Shown here: one piece after another, positions 12,927-23,134 of the stretch | How positions within the stretch are numbered: position 1 is the stretch's first letter | How the letters are laid out: every line of letters begins with the position of its first letter | Sequence record: JAQMWT010000697.1 | Length of the DNA: 32,000 bases | Direction: 5' to 3' (one strand) | Notes under the pieces: generated by a model | Told to the model about the DNA's origin: nothing | Databases searched by the model: none | The model's input: the letters and a program-made list of their open reading frames with translations, nothing else | Translations under genes and position numbers: made by a program

Positions 12927-13367
12927 ATGGATAAATTTAGTTTTGTCGGTCCTTATGGTAATGATTCATCAGTGGGTCATCTTGAGACACCTATTACTAA
13001 TTCAATATTAACACGTACAATTTTGAGTAATCTACCAATCTATCGAGATGGATTATCAAGTATTTTACGGGGTCTAGAAGTCGGTATGGCACATGGTTAT
13101 TTTTTAGTTGGACCCTTTTATAAATTAGGTCCCTTAAGAAATTCGGAAGTTGCTCTATTAGCGGGTTATCTATCGGCAGTTGGTTTAATTATCATATTGG
13201 GTTTAGCACTAGCACTATATGGTACAGCAACTTACCAAGATGACGACTTTATTTTTAGAGATAAGGTTGAATCTAAAAAGGGGTGGCAAAAATTTACCGG
13301 TGGATTTTTTATTGGTGCTTTAGGTGGTTCTGGCTTTGCGTTTTTATTGTTAAGTCAATTAAAATAA
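12927..13367 (+). CDS. psaL: Photosystem I subunit XI (PsaL)
   Basis: 146 aa, GHLETPITNS...NLPIYRDGLSSILRGLEVGMAHGYFLVGPF is the PsaL core. Confidence 0.92.
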   Translation: MDKFSFVGPYGNDSSVGHLETPITNSILTRTILSNLPIYRDGLSSILRGLEVGMAHGYFLVGPFYKLGPLRNSEVALLAGYLSAVGLIIILGLALALYGTATYQDDDFIFRDKVESKKGWQKFTGGFFIGALGGSGFAFLLLSQLK

Positions 13368-14071
13368 TAAAATGTTGATTTATGCAGTTTATTAAATAGT
13401 AATTTAATTCTTTTATTTTTATTTATTTTTTCTGATATATGTAATTTGAAGAATAATTAATTTAATATATAGCATTCAAATTTTTCAATGTAATTCTGTT
13501 TTCTATAAATTGGTAAAATAATTTATGTAAAACAGGATATAACTAACTAAACAATTTAAATTCGAGAATGGTTAAAGTTTCATTGTTATAATATAAAATC
13601 TAATTTTATATTTTTAGTTTTATTAATTATAAAATAGCAGATATTATTATAAAATAAGACATTAATTTTTATATTTGTACACTGAAAAAATTAACTGTTG
13701 ATTTAATAAAAAATGTGTGATTTCAACTTTAAATCTTAACTTTAAATAACTAAAACTATCAAGTTTATACACTCTAAAAATAATCTCGCGTTAGAAATAT
13801 TATTCAAATGAATAATCGCTATAATAAATTATAGTTTACTTTATTTTTTATCATAAGATGGACTTATATTTTTACATAAAAATAAGCGGCTATATATAAA
13901 TATTTATTTAATTTAAAATAATTTAAAAATTTTTGAATTATTAGTTATATTATATTGTATAATAGCATTAACTAAAAATTTTTAGGACTATTAGAACGCG
14001 ACGTAATTAACCAGGCGGTGAATTATAGCTTATAAACTGAGATTATAAAATTTAATTAAAAACAAAAAAGT

Positions 14072-14941
14072 ATGAAGTTAGCTGTATATGGTAAAGGAGG
14101 AATTGGAAAATCCACTACAAGTTGTAACATTTCTGTCGCTTTAGCAAAACGTGGGAAAAGAGTTTTACAAATCGGATGTGACCCGAAACATGATAGTACA
14201 TTTACACTGACGGGTTTTTTAATTCCAACTATAATTGATACTTTACAATCTAAAGATTATCATTATGAAGATGTCTGGCCAGAAGATGTTATTTATACCG
14301 GGTTTGGTAATGTTGATTGTGTTGAAGCTGGTGGACCTCCAGCGGGAGCAGGCTGCGGTGGCTATGTTGTTGGTGAAACAGTAAAATTGTTAAAAGAACT
14401 AAATGCATTTGATGAATACGATGTAATTTTATTTGATGTTTTAGGTGACGTAGTCTGCGGAGGATTTGCGGCCCCACTAAATTATGCTGATTACTGTTTA
14501 ATTGTTACAGACAATGGATTTGATGCATTATTTGCTGCAAACCGTATTTCTGCATCAGTTCGTGAAAAGGCCCGCACTCATTCATTACGACTTGCAGGTT
14601 TAATTGGCAATCGTACCGGCGCCCGGGATTTAATTGACAAATATATAAGAAGTGTTCCAATGCCTGTTTTAGAGGTTTTACCATTAATAGAAGATATTCG
14701 CGTCTCGCGTGTGAAAGGTAAAACTTTATTTGAAATGGCTGAATTAGATCCAGGATTAAGTTATATTTGTGACTATTATTTAAATATAGCAGATCAAATT
14801 ATTGCACAGCCAGAAGGGATTGTTCCACAAGAAGCTTCAGACCGGGATTTGTTTACATTACTATCCGATTTTTATTTAAATTCTGATGAAAGTTTATCAA
14901 CTACCGCTAAGACTTCGGAGTTCGATTTTATTATTCAATAA
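14072..14941 (+). CDS. chlL: Light-independent protochlorophyllide reductase (DPOR) iron-sulfur ATP-binding subunit
   Basis: 289 aa, P-loop GKGGIGKST, NifH-like cluster cysteines ([14 protein letters not shown]). Confidence 0.96.
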   Translation: MKLAVYGKGGIGKSTTSCNISVALAKRGKRVLQIGCDPKHDSTFTLTGFLIPTIIDTLQSKDYHYEDVWPEDVIYTGFGNVDCVEAGGPPAGAGCGGYVVGETVKLLKELNAFDEYDVILFDVLGDVVCGGFAAPLNYADYCLIVTDNGFDALFAANRISASVREKARTHSLRLAGLIGNRTGARDLIDKYIRSVPMPVLEVLPLIEDIRVSRVKGKTLFEMAELDPGLSYICDYYLNIADQIIAQPEGIVPQEASDRDLFTLLSDFYLNSDESLSTTAKTSEFDFIIQ

Positions 14942-14953
14942 ACAAGTAAATAA

Positions 14954-16273
<1,320 letters not shown>

Positions 16274-16285
16274 GAAAAATTTTCT

Positions 16286-17821
16286 ATGAAATTAGCATAT
16301 TGGATGTATAATGGACCTGCACATATAGGTACTTTACGAATATCAAGTTCATTTCGAAATGTTCATGCAATTATGCATGCTCCGTTGGGTGACGATTATT
16401 TTAATGTTATGCGATCAATGCTTGAACGAAAACGAGATTTTACACCAGTTACAACAAGTATTGTCGATCGACATGTTTTAGCACGCGGATCACAAGATAA
16501 AGTCATTAACAATATTATAAGAAAAGATAATGAAGAAAGCCCAGACCTTATTATTCTAACTCCTACATGTACTTCAAGTATACTGCAAGAAGACTTGAAT
16601 AATTTTGTTAAACGTGCTGCTACCGAGACAAAATCTGCCGATGTTTTACTAGCAGATGTAAATCATTATCGTGTTAACGAATTTCAAGCTGCTGACAGAA
16701 CACTGTCTCAAATTATAAAGTTTTACATTGAAAAAGCAAAAAAAGAAAATGATCAATTTATAAAAACTATTAAACCATCTGTAAACATAATTGGTGCTGT
16801 TGATTTAACGTTTCATAACAATCATGATATCATTGAGTTAAAGAAGTTGATGAGAGATCTTAACATAGACATAAACTTAATATTACCTCAGGATTGTTCA
16901 GTGCATCAACTTAAAACTATACCTCAAGCCTGGATAAATATTGTTCCTTATCGTGAAATAGGTCAATCTATTGCGAAATGGTTAAAAAACGAATTTGATA
17001 TGCCATATATTATGACAACTCCTATGGGGATTTGCGAAACGGCGAAATTTATTGAGGAAATTGAAACAATTTTGAATAAGAAACTTACCAAACCTGTAAA
17101 TTTCAAAAGCTATATTGATCATCAAACACGCTTTGTTTCACAATCAGCGTGGTTTTCTAAATCAATTGACTGCCAAAATTTAACTGGAAAACGAGTGGTT
17201 GTGTTTGGCGATGCTACACATGCCGCAGCAATGACAAAAATTTTAACCCGGGAAATGGGGATTCGAGTTATTTGGTCAGGGACATATTGTCTTAATGATA
17301 AAGAATGGTTTGAAAATGAGGTTAAAGGTTTTTGTGACGAAATTGTAGTTACCAATGATCATAATTTAATTGGAGACTTAATAGCTAAATCTGAACCATC
17401 CGCTATATTTGGCACACAAATGGAACGCCATATTGGAAAAAGGTTAAATATACCTTGTGGAGTAATTTCTACACCTGTGCACATACAGAATTTCCCTCTA
17501 AGTTATAGACCTTTTTTAGGTTATGAAGGCGCAAATCAGATTGCCGATTTAATTTATAATTCTTTTACCTTAGGGATGGAAGATCATTTATTAGAGATAT
17601 TTGGTGGGCATGATACAAGAGAGATTTTATCAACAACATTGTCAAATGATTTAGGTCAAGATGTGCAATGGACAAAGGAAGCAATAACCGAACTCGAAAA
17701 GATACCTGGCTTTGTTCGCGGTAAGGTAAAAAGAAATACAGAAAAATTCGCAAAGGAAAGAGATTTAGATTTGATTACATTAGAAGTAATTTATTCGGCT
17801 AAGGAAGCTGTAGAAACTTAA
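16286..17821 (+). CDS. chlB: DPOR subunit B
   Basis: 511 aa, [48 protein letters not shown] is the typical ChlB N-terminus. Starts 12 nt after chlN. Confidence 0.96.
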   Translation: MKLAYWMYNGPAHIGTLRISSSFRNVHAIMHAPLGDDYFNVMRSMLERKRDFTPVTTSIVDRHVLARGSQDKVINNIIRKDNEESPDLIILTPTCTSSILQEDLNNFVKRAATETKSADVLLADVNHYRVNEFQAADRTLSQIIKFYIEKAKKENDQFIKTIKPSVNIIGAVDLTFHNNHDIIELKKLMRDLNIDINLILPQDCSVHQLKTIPQAWINIVPYREIGQSIAKWLKNEFDMPYIMTTPMGICETAKFIEEIETILNKKLTKPVNFKSYIDHQTRFVSQSAWFSKSIDCQNLTGKRVVVFGDATHAAAMTKILTREMGIRVIWSGTYCLNDKEWFENEVKGFCDEIVVTNDHNLIGDLIAKSEPSAIFGTQMERHIGKRLNIPCGVISTPVHIQNFPLSYRPFLGYEGANQIADLIYNSFTLGMEDHLLEIFGGHDTREILSTTLSNDLGQDVQWTKEAITELEKIPGFVRGKVKRNTEKFAKERDLDLITLEVIYSAKEAVET

Positions 17822-18143
17822 AAAAATATTCTAATTATTACCCGCACCCTACTAGTGTTTAATATCTTAAAATTAAAAAAGAGACATTAGTCAAATATAA
17901 TTTATATGTATATAATAAACAATAACTAAACAGTGAAAACTAAGTATTTAAATGTAATATGCATAATCTAAATAAAATATTATGCAATATACTTATTGAC
18001 ATTAAAATGTAATATAATTGAAATTAATAGAATAGTGTTATACATTTTTTTTTAGTTTATATAATGTATAAAATAAAAATAACTAAAAGAAAGGTAGTTA
18101 TAACCTTATATAGAACAGTTATAAATATAAAGATTTTGAAAAT

Positions 18144-18578
18144 ATGATACCAGTCGGCGGCCCTAGAAATATTCAAAAAACCCGAAAAGAAAAATGCAAA
18201 GAAAATATTGCAAGGATTCTTTATATAGTTCGCTATATTATTACTGACATTATTACCCAATTATGGGGATTTATAATGGCTATCCGACGTTATATTATCC
18301 TTTATTTGTATGAATCAACAGTGTACCAAAGAATTAAAAGGGAAATAATTGATATCGGAAAATTTCTTAAGTATAAGATAGGATTTGGAGAAAAAACCCC
18401 CTTCTCTGAACGTAGGACTGCAGAACTCGAAGATAAAATAAAGCAAGATTTTAAGAGAAATCCTACGACTTTTTTAAAAAAATGGCTGAAACCGAGCGAG
18501 ATTTTAGTTTATAATGATTCAAAAGGGGGCCTAGAGGATTGTCAAGTTCCCATCTATGAATGGGATTCTTCCTTATGA
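18144..18578 (+). CDS. Hypothetical protein, no family recognised (144 aa; alternative start at 18276 gives 100 aa)
   Basis: Open frame only. Lys/Glu/Arg-rich, with no motif I can assign. ATG 18144 has no SD. The internal ATG 18276 has GGGGA 7 nt upstream. The stop codon is embedded in the 18576-18611 palindrome. Confidence 0.35.
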   Translation: MIPVGGPRNIQKTRKEKCKENIARILYIVRYIITDIITQLWGFIMAIRRYIILYLYESTVYQRIKREIIDIGKFLKYKIGFGEKTPFSERRTAELEDKIKQDFKRNPTTFLKKWLKPSEILVYNDSKGGLEDCQVPIYEWDSSL

Positions 18579-18611
18579 TTTGAAAACTAGTGTTTAACAG
18601 TTTTCAAATCA
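18576..18611. terminator. Perfect 13-bp palindromic stem-loop between convergent ORF144 and rpl27
   Basis: Arms TGATTTGAAAACT (18576-18588) and AGTTTTCAAATCA (18599-18611), 10-nt loop. Contains the TGA stop of the plus-strand ORF (18576-18578) and the TGA stop of rpl27 (18604-18606). Confidence 0.6.
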
Positions 18612-18864
18612 ATATTTTTACTAATTTATATTTTTTAATTCTATCTTGAAAAGACTCAAATTTAATATATCCACTTTTTAATGCATACAAGGTATAATCA
18701 CGCCCACACCCAACATTTACACCTGGTTTCACTTTTAAGCTCCTTTGTCGGATCAAAATATTACCTGCGTTCACGAATTGTCCGTCAGAGCGCTTTAGGC
18801 CTAATCTCTTAGAATTTGAATCGCGTCCATTCTTAGTACTACCAACACCTTTTTTATGTGCCAT
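18604..18864 (-). CDS. rpl27: 50S ribosomal protein L27
   Basis: 86 aa, [41 protein letters not shown] is canonical L27. Confidence 0.95.
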   Translation of the reverse strand: MAHKKGVGSTKNGRDSNSKRLGLKRSDGQFVNAGNILIRQRSLKVKPGVNVGCGRDYTLYALKSGYIKFESFQDRIKKYKLVKILI

Positions 18865-19198
18865 GTTTAGTTTTTGTTCCTATTTTATCAATTAAAATCC
18901 GTGTTAAATCTTGTCGTGCCCCTAATGTTGATCGAAATTGTTTCTTTGATTGCATTTTAAAAACTGTCTTTTTTGCTCCTTTAAAATGCTCTATTACTGT
19001 TGCATGGACTTCCGCCCCTTTTAAAAAATTGTTTATATATGGGTTTCCAATAATACGCTGACCATTATCATGACATAATAAAATTCGCATAACTGCCAAA
19101 GAAGTACCTATTTTATTTGGCAAACGATTAACAACATAGTATTTCCCTTCTTCTACTAGCAATTGTTTACCGCCAATTTCAATTACTGCATATTTCAT
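18854..19198 (-). CDS. rpl21: 50S ribosomal protein L21
   Basis: 114 aa, [21 protein letters not shown] is the L21 N-terminus. GGAGG SD upstream. The 3' end overlaps the rpl27 start by 11 nt. Confidence 0.92.
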   Translation of the reverse strand: MKYAVIEIGGKQLLVEEGKYYVVNRLPNKIGTSLAVMRILLCHDNGQRIIGNPYINNFLKGAEVHATVIEHFKGAKKTVFKMQSKKQFRSTLGARQDLTRILIDKIGTKTKHGT

Positions 19199-19243
19199 TT
19201 TTCCTCCTTTTTGGTTTAATATACAATAAATTATGTTATTTTG

Positions 19244-20176
19244 TTAAACATTATTTAAAAATAAAGTTAAAATTTCGTTGTTAAAGCTTTCGGAAGCTTT
19301 CGATTTATATCGGTTTGGATTCAAAATAACAGATAACATCCGTTTAATTTTTACATTATCGATCTTAACCCAATTAACAAGTCCTAATTCAAGTTCTTTT
19401 GTAATTGCAGAAACAGAAACAAATGCAACACCAAGACCTGACTGCACAGCATTTTTTATTGCTTCAATTGAATTCAGTTCCATTTCAATTGTTAAACGTG
19501 AAACATCAATTCCATTTTTTGCTAAAACGTCGTCAATAACAGTTCGAATGGTTGAACAAGAGTCTAAAGTAATAAATTTTAAATTGTATAAATCCTCTTT
19601 TTTTATATTTTTACGTTTTACAAATGGATGGGATTGTGGAATAATTAATGCTAGTTCGTCTTCAACATATGGCGTAACATCTAAAACTTGCCTCAATTCA
19701 TAAGGAATCTCTCCACCTACGATACCAATATCAATTTGCCGATTAACTGTATTCCAGGCAATTTTTCGAGTTGAATCTACATGTAATTGAACCTGAATAT
19801 TTGGATAACGCTGTCTAAATAAACCAATAATTTTTGGCATTAAGTATGTTCCCGTTGTTTGACTTGCCCCAATAATTAATTTCCCACTTTCTAGTTCACT
19901 CAAATCATCTAATGCCCGTGAACTTTCTTCACATAAAGATAAAATTCTATTACTATATCGGAGTAATAAGCTACCTGCTTCTGTCAGTTGTATTTGTTTC
20001 TTTGCACGATCGAATAGTGTTATTTTTAATTGCTTTTCTAAGTTTTGAATTTGTAAACTAACAGCAGGTTGTGTTATGTATAAACTTCTAGCTGCATTTT
20101 TAAAACTTCCATCATTAGCAACTGCCCTTAAAATAACTAATTGTTCTAAAGTAAATGGAAGATTTATTCGATTCAT
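19244..20176 (-). CDS. rbcR: LysR-type transcriptional regulator RbcR (ycf30)
   Basis: 310 aa. N-terminal [44 protein letters not shown] plus a LysR substrate-binding domain. Confidence 0.9.
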   Translation of the reverse strand: MNRINLPFTLEQLVILRAVANDGSFKNAARSLYITQPAVSLQIQNLEKQLKITLFDRAKKQIQLTEAGSLLLRYSNRILSLCEESSRALDDLSELESGKLIIGASQTTGTYLMPKIIGLFRQRYPNIQVQLHVDSTRKIAWNTVNRQIDIGIVGGEIPYELRQVLDVTPYVEDELALIIPQSHPFVKRKNIKKEDLYNLKFITLDSCSTIRTVIDDVLAKNGIDVSRLTIEMELNSIEAIKNAVQSGLGVAFVSVSAITKELELGLVNWVKIDNVKIKRMLSVILNPNRYKSKASESFNNEILTLFLNNV

Positions 20177-20251
20177 GTTTTTATTTAGTATTTAAAAAAA
20201 AACAACTTTTATTTTTTTAAACAAATAAAAATTATGGTACAATAATTATGA

Positions 20252-20334
20252 GCGGACGTGGCGGAATTGGTAGACGCGCTAGATTTAGGCTCTAGTGAGA
20301 ATGTCTCGTGAGAGTTCGAGTCTCTCCGTCCGCA
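20252..20334 (+). tRNA. trnL: tRNA-Leu (UAG)
   Basis: Acceptor GCGGACG/CGTCCGC, anticodon arm CTAGA-TTTAGGC-TCTAG, long variable arm, T arm GAGAG-TTCGAGT-CTCTC. 83 nt. Confidence 0.93.
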
Positions 20335-20338
20335 TTAT

Positions 20339-21601
20339 TTATAATTTCAAAATAAAATTTAATATTTCAAACTCAAATGTTATTTTTGCACGATTAGTTA
20401 AACCATTAAAACTTAATTTATTATTGCCTGTTATAAACCAAATTTGCGAATAAGAAATATAACTTGTAAAAATACTTATTATTAATAAAAAAAAACCACT
20501 GTATATCAAAAATAGACCTGGGTCAGCTTTTATTTGTATTCCTGTTGCTTCAACTAAACCTAAAAAAATTGTATTCTTGTTGTCTGCTGGAATTAGTGGT
20601 TCATTTAATTCTGCTTTGTTAATAAAAACTCCTTTTTTATCAAATAAAAACCCACTACCACGGTTTGCAATCTCGAAAAATGTATATCCTGATCCAAAAA
20701 ATTCAGGCTCGGCCGGAACCCAAGATAGACGAGTTTGGTCACTGGTTTTTAAAATAGGTAATTGATAAATTGAATTTTCTTTATTTTTTATTCGAAGTCC
20801 CAAAATATCCCAATCAGTTTGATAAAAAGTCAAGCCATTATATTTTAAAGGGTGGTTTACATAAATAGTTTCTCTTTTTAGTTCGTGGCCTTTATTATCA
20901 ATCAGAGATAAGTCTGTATAAAATTGTTTAATTGTTCGATCATCCTTATATGAGACCCAAAAATCATTAACCCGTCCTGAAATGTGTGGAAGAAATGTAT
21001 TAATGTTATTATTCAGTACATTTTGAACATAAAATATTTCACTTTCCGGAATAATCTCTTGAGCTACAAAACCAGATGTACTTGCCAGAATAGAACCGAT
21101 TAATATCAATATTATACTAAAGTGAACAACTATTGGGGCTCCACGACCATGTAGTCCTTTATTTGCATATAAACCGGTATTAGACTGAAAAATGGTATAA
21201 TGTTTTTGCTTTAAAATTTTTATATATTTGCCAGCAGGCGTAAGATTGGTGTTGATAAAGTCTTCACGAACTTTAGTTCTCTTTAAAAATTTTATTTTTC
21301 TTGCCTGTTCAAGAGCTGGCAGTTGTTGTATAAATGTACAACAAGTTAAACTTAACCCAAATACTATCAGTAAGCTAATAAACCACCAAGTTTTAAAAAT
21401 GTGATCTAACCCTGTTTTTAAAATGACATTTGCATTAACAAAACCAAAAACTGGTTTTTGATAGTTTATTTCATAAAATTCAACAGATTGGTTTTGTTCG
21501 ACCAAAGACCCTATAATACTAAAACCCGCTATTAATAATAACAAAAAAACAGCAAATTTTAGATTAGCCAGATACTTAATAAAATTAAAACGTAATTTCA
21601 T
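20339..21601 (-). CDS. ccs1: Cytochrome c biogenesis protein Ccs1 (ycf44, System II)
   Basis: Ccs1/ResB-like N-terminus (KFAVFLLLLIAGFSIIGSLVEQNQ), large lumenal domain, C-terminal TM segment. I place the start at ATG 21601 (MKLRFNF). The 31-codon upstream extension in the ORF track overlaps the ycf46 3' end. Confidence 0.88.
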   Translation of the reverse strand: MKLRFNFIKYLANLKFAVFLLLLIAGFSIIGSLVEQNQSVEFYEINYQKPVFGFVNANVILKTGLDHIFKTWWFISLLIVFGLSLTCCTFIQQLPALEQARKIKFLKRTKVREDFINTNLTPAGKYIKILKQKHYTIFQSNTGLYANKGLHGRGAPIVVHFSIILILIGSILASTSGFVAQEIIPESEIFYVQNVLNNNINTFLPHISGRVNDFWVSYKDDRTIKQFYTDLSLIDNKGHELKRETIYVNHPLKYNGLTFYQTDWDILGLRIKNKENSIYQLPILKTSDQTRLSWVPAEPEFFGSGYTFFEIANRGSGFLFDKKGVFINKAELNEPLIPADNKNTIFLGLVEATGIQIKADPGLFLIYSGFFLLIISIFTSYISYSQIWFITGNNKLSFNGLTNRAKITFEFEILNFILKL

Positions 21602-21608
21602 AACAAAA

Positions 21609-23093
21609 TTAAAAATCTCCAGATGCGGTCCTAATACGTCCTGATTTCGCCCATTCTTGCAAAGCCTGGATTTTTTTTCTTTCAATCTCGGCAAGCGGAA
21701 TAATACTTTCTAATCCATATAAAATATCCTTGGTTGTAAATTCGCGGTTATCATTAAATGCATAATACATACCCTCAGTTATTGCTTGTGCGATTTCAGC
21801 CCCTGAAAAATTTTGTGATACTTTACTCAATAATTTTATATCGAATTGATCAATTTTTTCTGGTCTAATTTTTGAAAGTAAAACGGTAAAAATTTTTTCA
21901 CGCTCAATCTCAATTGGCAACCCCACAAAAAATATTTCATCGAAACGGCCTTTACGTATTAATTCAAGTGGAAGAAGTTCAAAATTATTTGCTGTTGCAA
22001 CAACAAAAACTTGCGACGTTTTTTCCGATAACCAGGTTATAAATGTAGCTAGTACACGATTAGTAGTACCACTATCCCCTTGAGCGACAGATTGTCTAAA
22101 TGATTTATCAATTTCATCAATCCATAATACACAAGGTGCTAACGCTTCAGTCACCCGAATCATTTCTCTAACCCGAGATTCGGATTCACCTACAACTCCA
22201 CCAAACAATCTTCCAAAATCAAGTCGCAATAATGGCAATTGCCAATCATTCGCTATAGCTTTTGCTGTTAATGACTTGCCAGTTCCTTGTATTCCGACTA
22301 ATAACAATCCACGTGGAACAGGTAAACCGTAATTTTTAGCACGTTCAGAAAAAGAATCTGCACGTTGTTTTAACCATTTTTTAAGGTTTATTAAGCCACC
22401 AATATCATCTAATACAAGAGAAGATGAACAAAATTCAAGAATTTGAGTCTGATTTATAATTTGTTGTTTTTCTTGTAATATTGTAAAAACTGCAGAGGAA
22501 TTAATTGTTTTTTTGTCTGCAACAATTTTGGATAAAACTCGCCGAATACGATCAATCGATAGTCCTTGACATGCTCTTGCGAGATAGCTGAGCTCATTTT
22601 TGTTTAGTGGTTGTTTTAACACTTTAAATAGTCGTGCTAGCTCATCGGAAATCTCATTTATATTTGGCAGTTGAAATTCTAAAACTGTAATTAATTCACG
22701 AATTTCAATTGGTAATGTAACTATTTCAGGGGCAACTATAATTATAGTTTTTGTTTGAGTTTGTAATAAACTTGCTAAATTACGTAATTTTCGAATAACG
22801 GCAACGTCATTAAAAAATTTTTGGAAATCTTTTAAAACAAAAATAGCTGGTGTGTCTTCAGTCAATTGTTCGATAAAATCAAGGGCCTGAAGTGGGTTTC
22901 TTTTTCCAATACCTTTTACATTCGTTGTGTTTATAAAACCATCAACGAAGTTCCACGAATAAATAGTCCGTTTTTTCCCCAGTTTAATACAATTTCGTAT
23001 ACTATATTCTAACCGTTCTTCTTCAAAAGTGGAAATATATATAAACGAGTAACGGGCTTTCAATAAAAGATTTAACTCTTTAATAAAGCTCAT
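21609..23093 (-). CDS. ycf46: AAA+ ATPase Ycf46
   Basis: 494 aa. Walker A GIQGTGKS, Walker B VLWIDEIDK, C-terminal AAA module. The N-terminal half resembles Ycf46 proteins. Confidence 0.88.
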   Translation of the reverse strand: MSFIKELNLLLKARYSFIYISTFEEERLEYSIRNCIKLGKKRTIYSWNFVDGFINTTNVKGIGKRNPLQALDFIEQLTEDTPAIFVLKDFQKFFNDVAVIRKLRNLASLLQTQTKTIIIVAPEIVTLPIEIRELITVLEFQLPNINEISDELARLFKVLKQPLNKNELSYLARACQGLSIDRIRRVLSKIVADKKTINSSAVFTILQEKQQIINQTQILEFCSSSLVLDDIGGLINLKKWLKQRADSFSERAKNYGLPVPRGLLLVGIQGTGKSLTAKAIANDWQLPLLRLDFGRLFGGVVGESESRVREMIRVTEALAPCVLWIDEIDKSFRQSVAQGDSGTTNRVLATFITWLSEKTSQVFVVATANNFELLPLELIRKGRFDEIFFVGLPIEIEREKIFTVLLSKIRPEKIDQFDIKLLSKVSQNFSGAEIAQAITEGMYYAFNDNREFTTKDILYGLESIIPLAEIERKKIQALQEWAKSGRIRTASGDF

Positions 23094-23134
23094 AAAATTT
23101 TAATTGTTTAATTAAAAGTTATTATATATATATT

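Noticed and set aside
13368-14071. Possible plastid ncRNA genes (ssrA/tmRNA, rnpB, ffs) in the long spacers 13368-14071, 17822-18143, 23876-24400 and 28967-29793
   Set aside because: I could not find the hallmark motifs: a tRNA-like acceptor/T-arm pair with GGTTCGAATCC for tmRNA, GAGGAAAGTCC for RNase P RNA, or the GGAA-tetraloop SRP domain IV. This is a by-eye negative only, and a covariance-model scan would be needed to be sure.
17996-18018. TTGACA (17996-18001) plus TATAAT (18013-18018) as a promoter for the orphan ORF
   Set aside because: The spacer is only 11 nt, which is incompatible with a sigma70-type promoter.
18057-18260. 67-aa minus-strand ORF antisense to the start of the orphan ORF
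   Set aside because: Low-complexity Ile/Phe/Asn-rich translation of AT-rich spacer. No SD and no recognisable family.
19278-19703. Long antisense shadow ORFs inside conserved genes (19278-19703 in rbcR, 31147-31560 in ycf45, 25685-26074 in rpl1, 5015-5338 in ycf3, 1960-2301 in rpoB, 5719-6009 in atpB, 11378-11665 in psbV, and similar)
   Set aside because: Each lies fully within a well-supported gene on the opposite strand and translates to low-complexity sequence. These are typical antisense-frame artefacts.
21602-21694. 31-codon N-terminal extension of ccs1 (MPRLKEKKSRLCKNGRNQDVLGPHLEIFNFV)
   Set aside because: It overlaps the 3' end of ycf46 in another frame. The Ccs1-like sequence begins at MKLRFNF (ATG 21601), 7 nt after the ycf46 stop.
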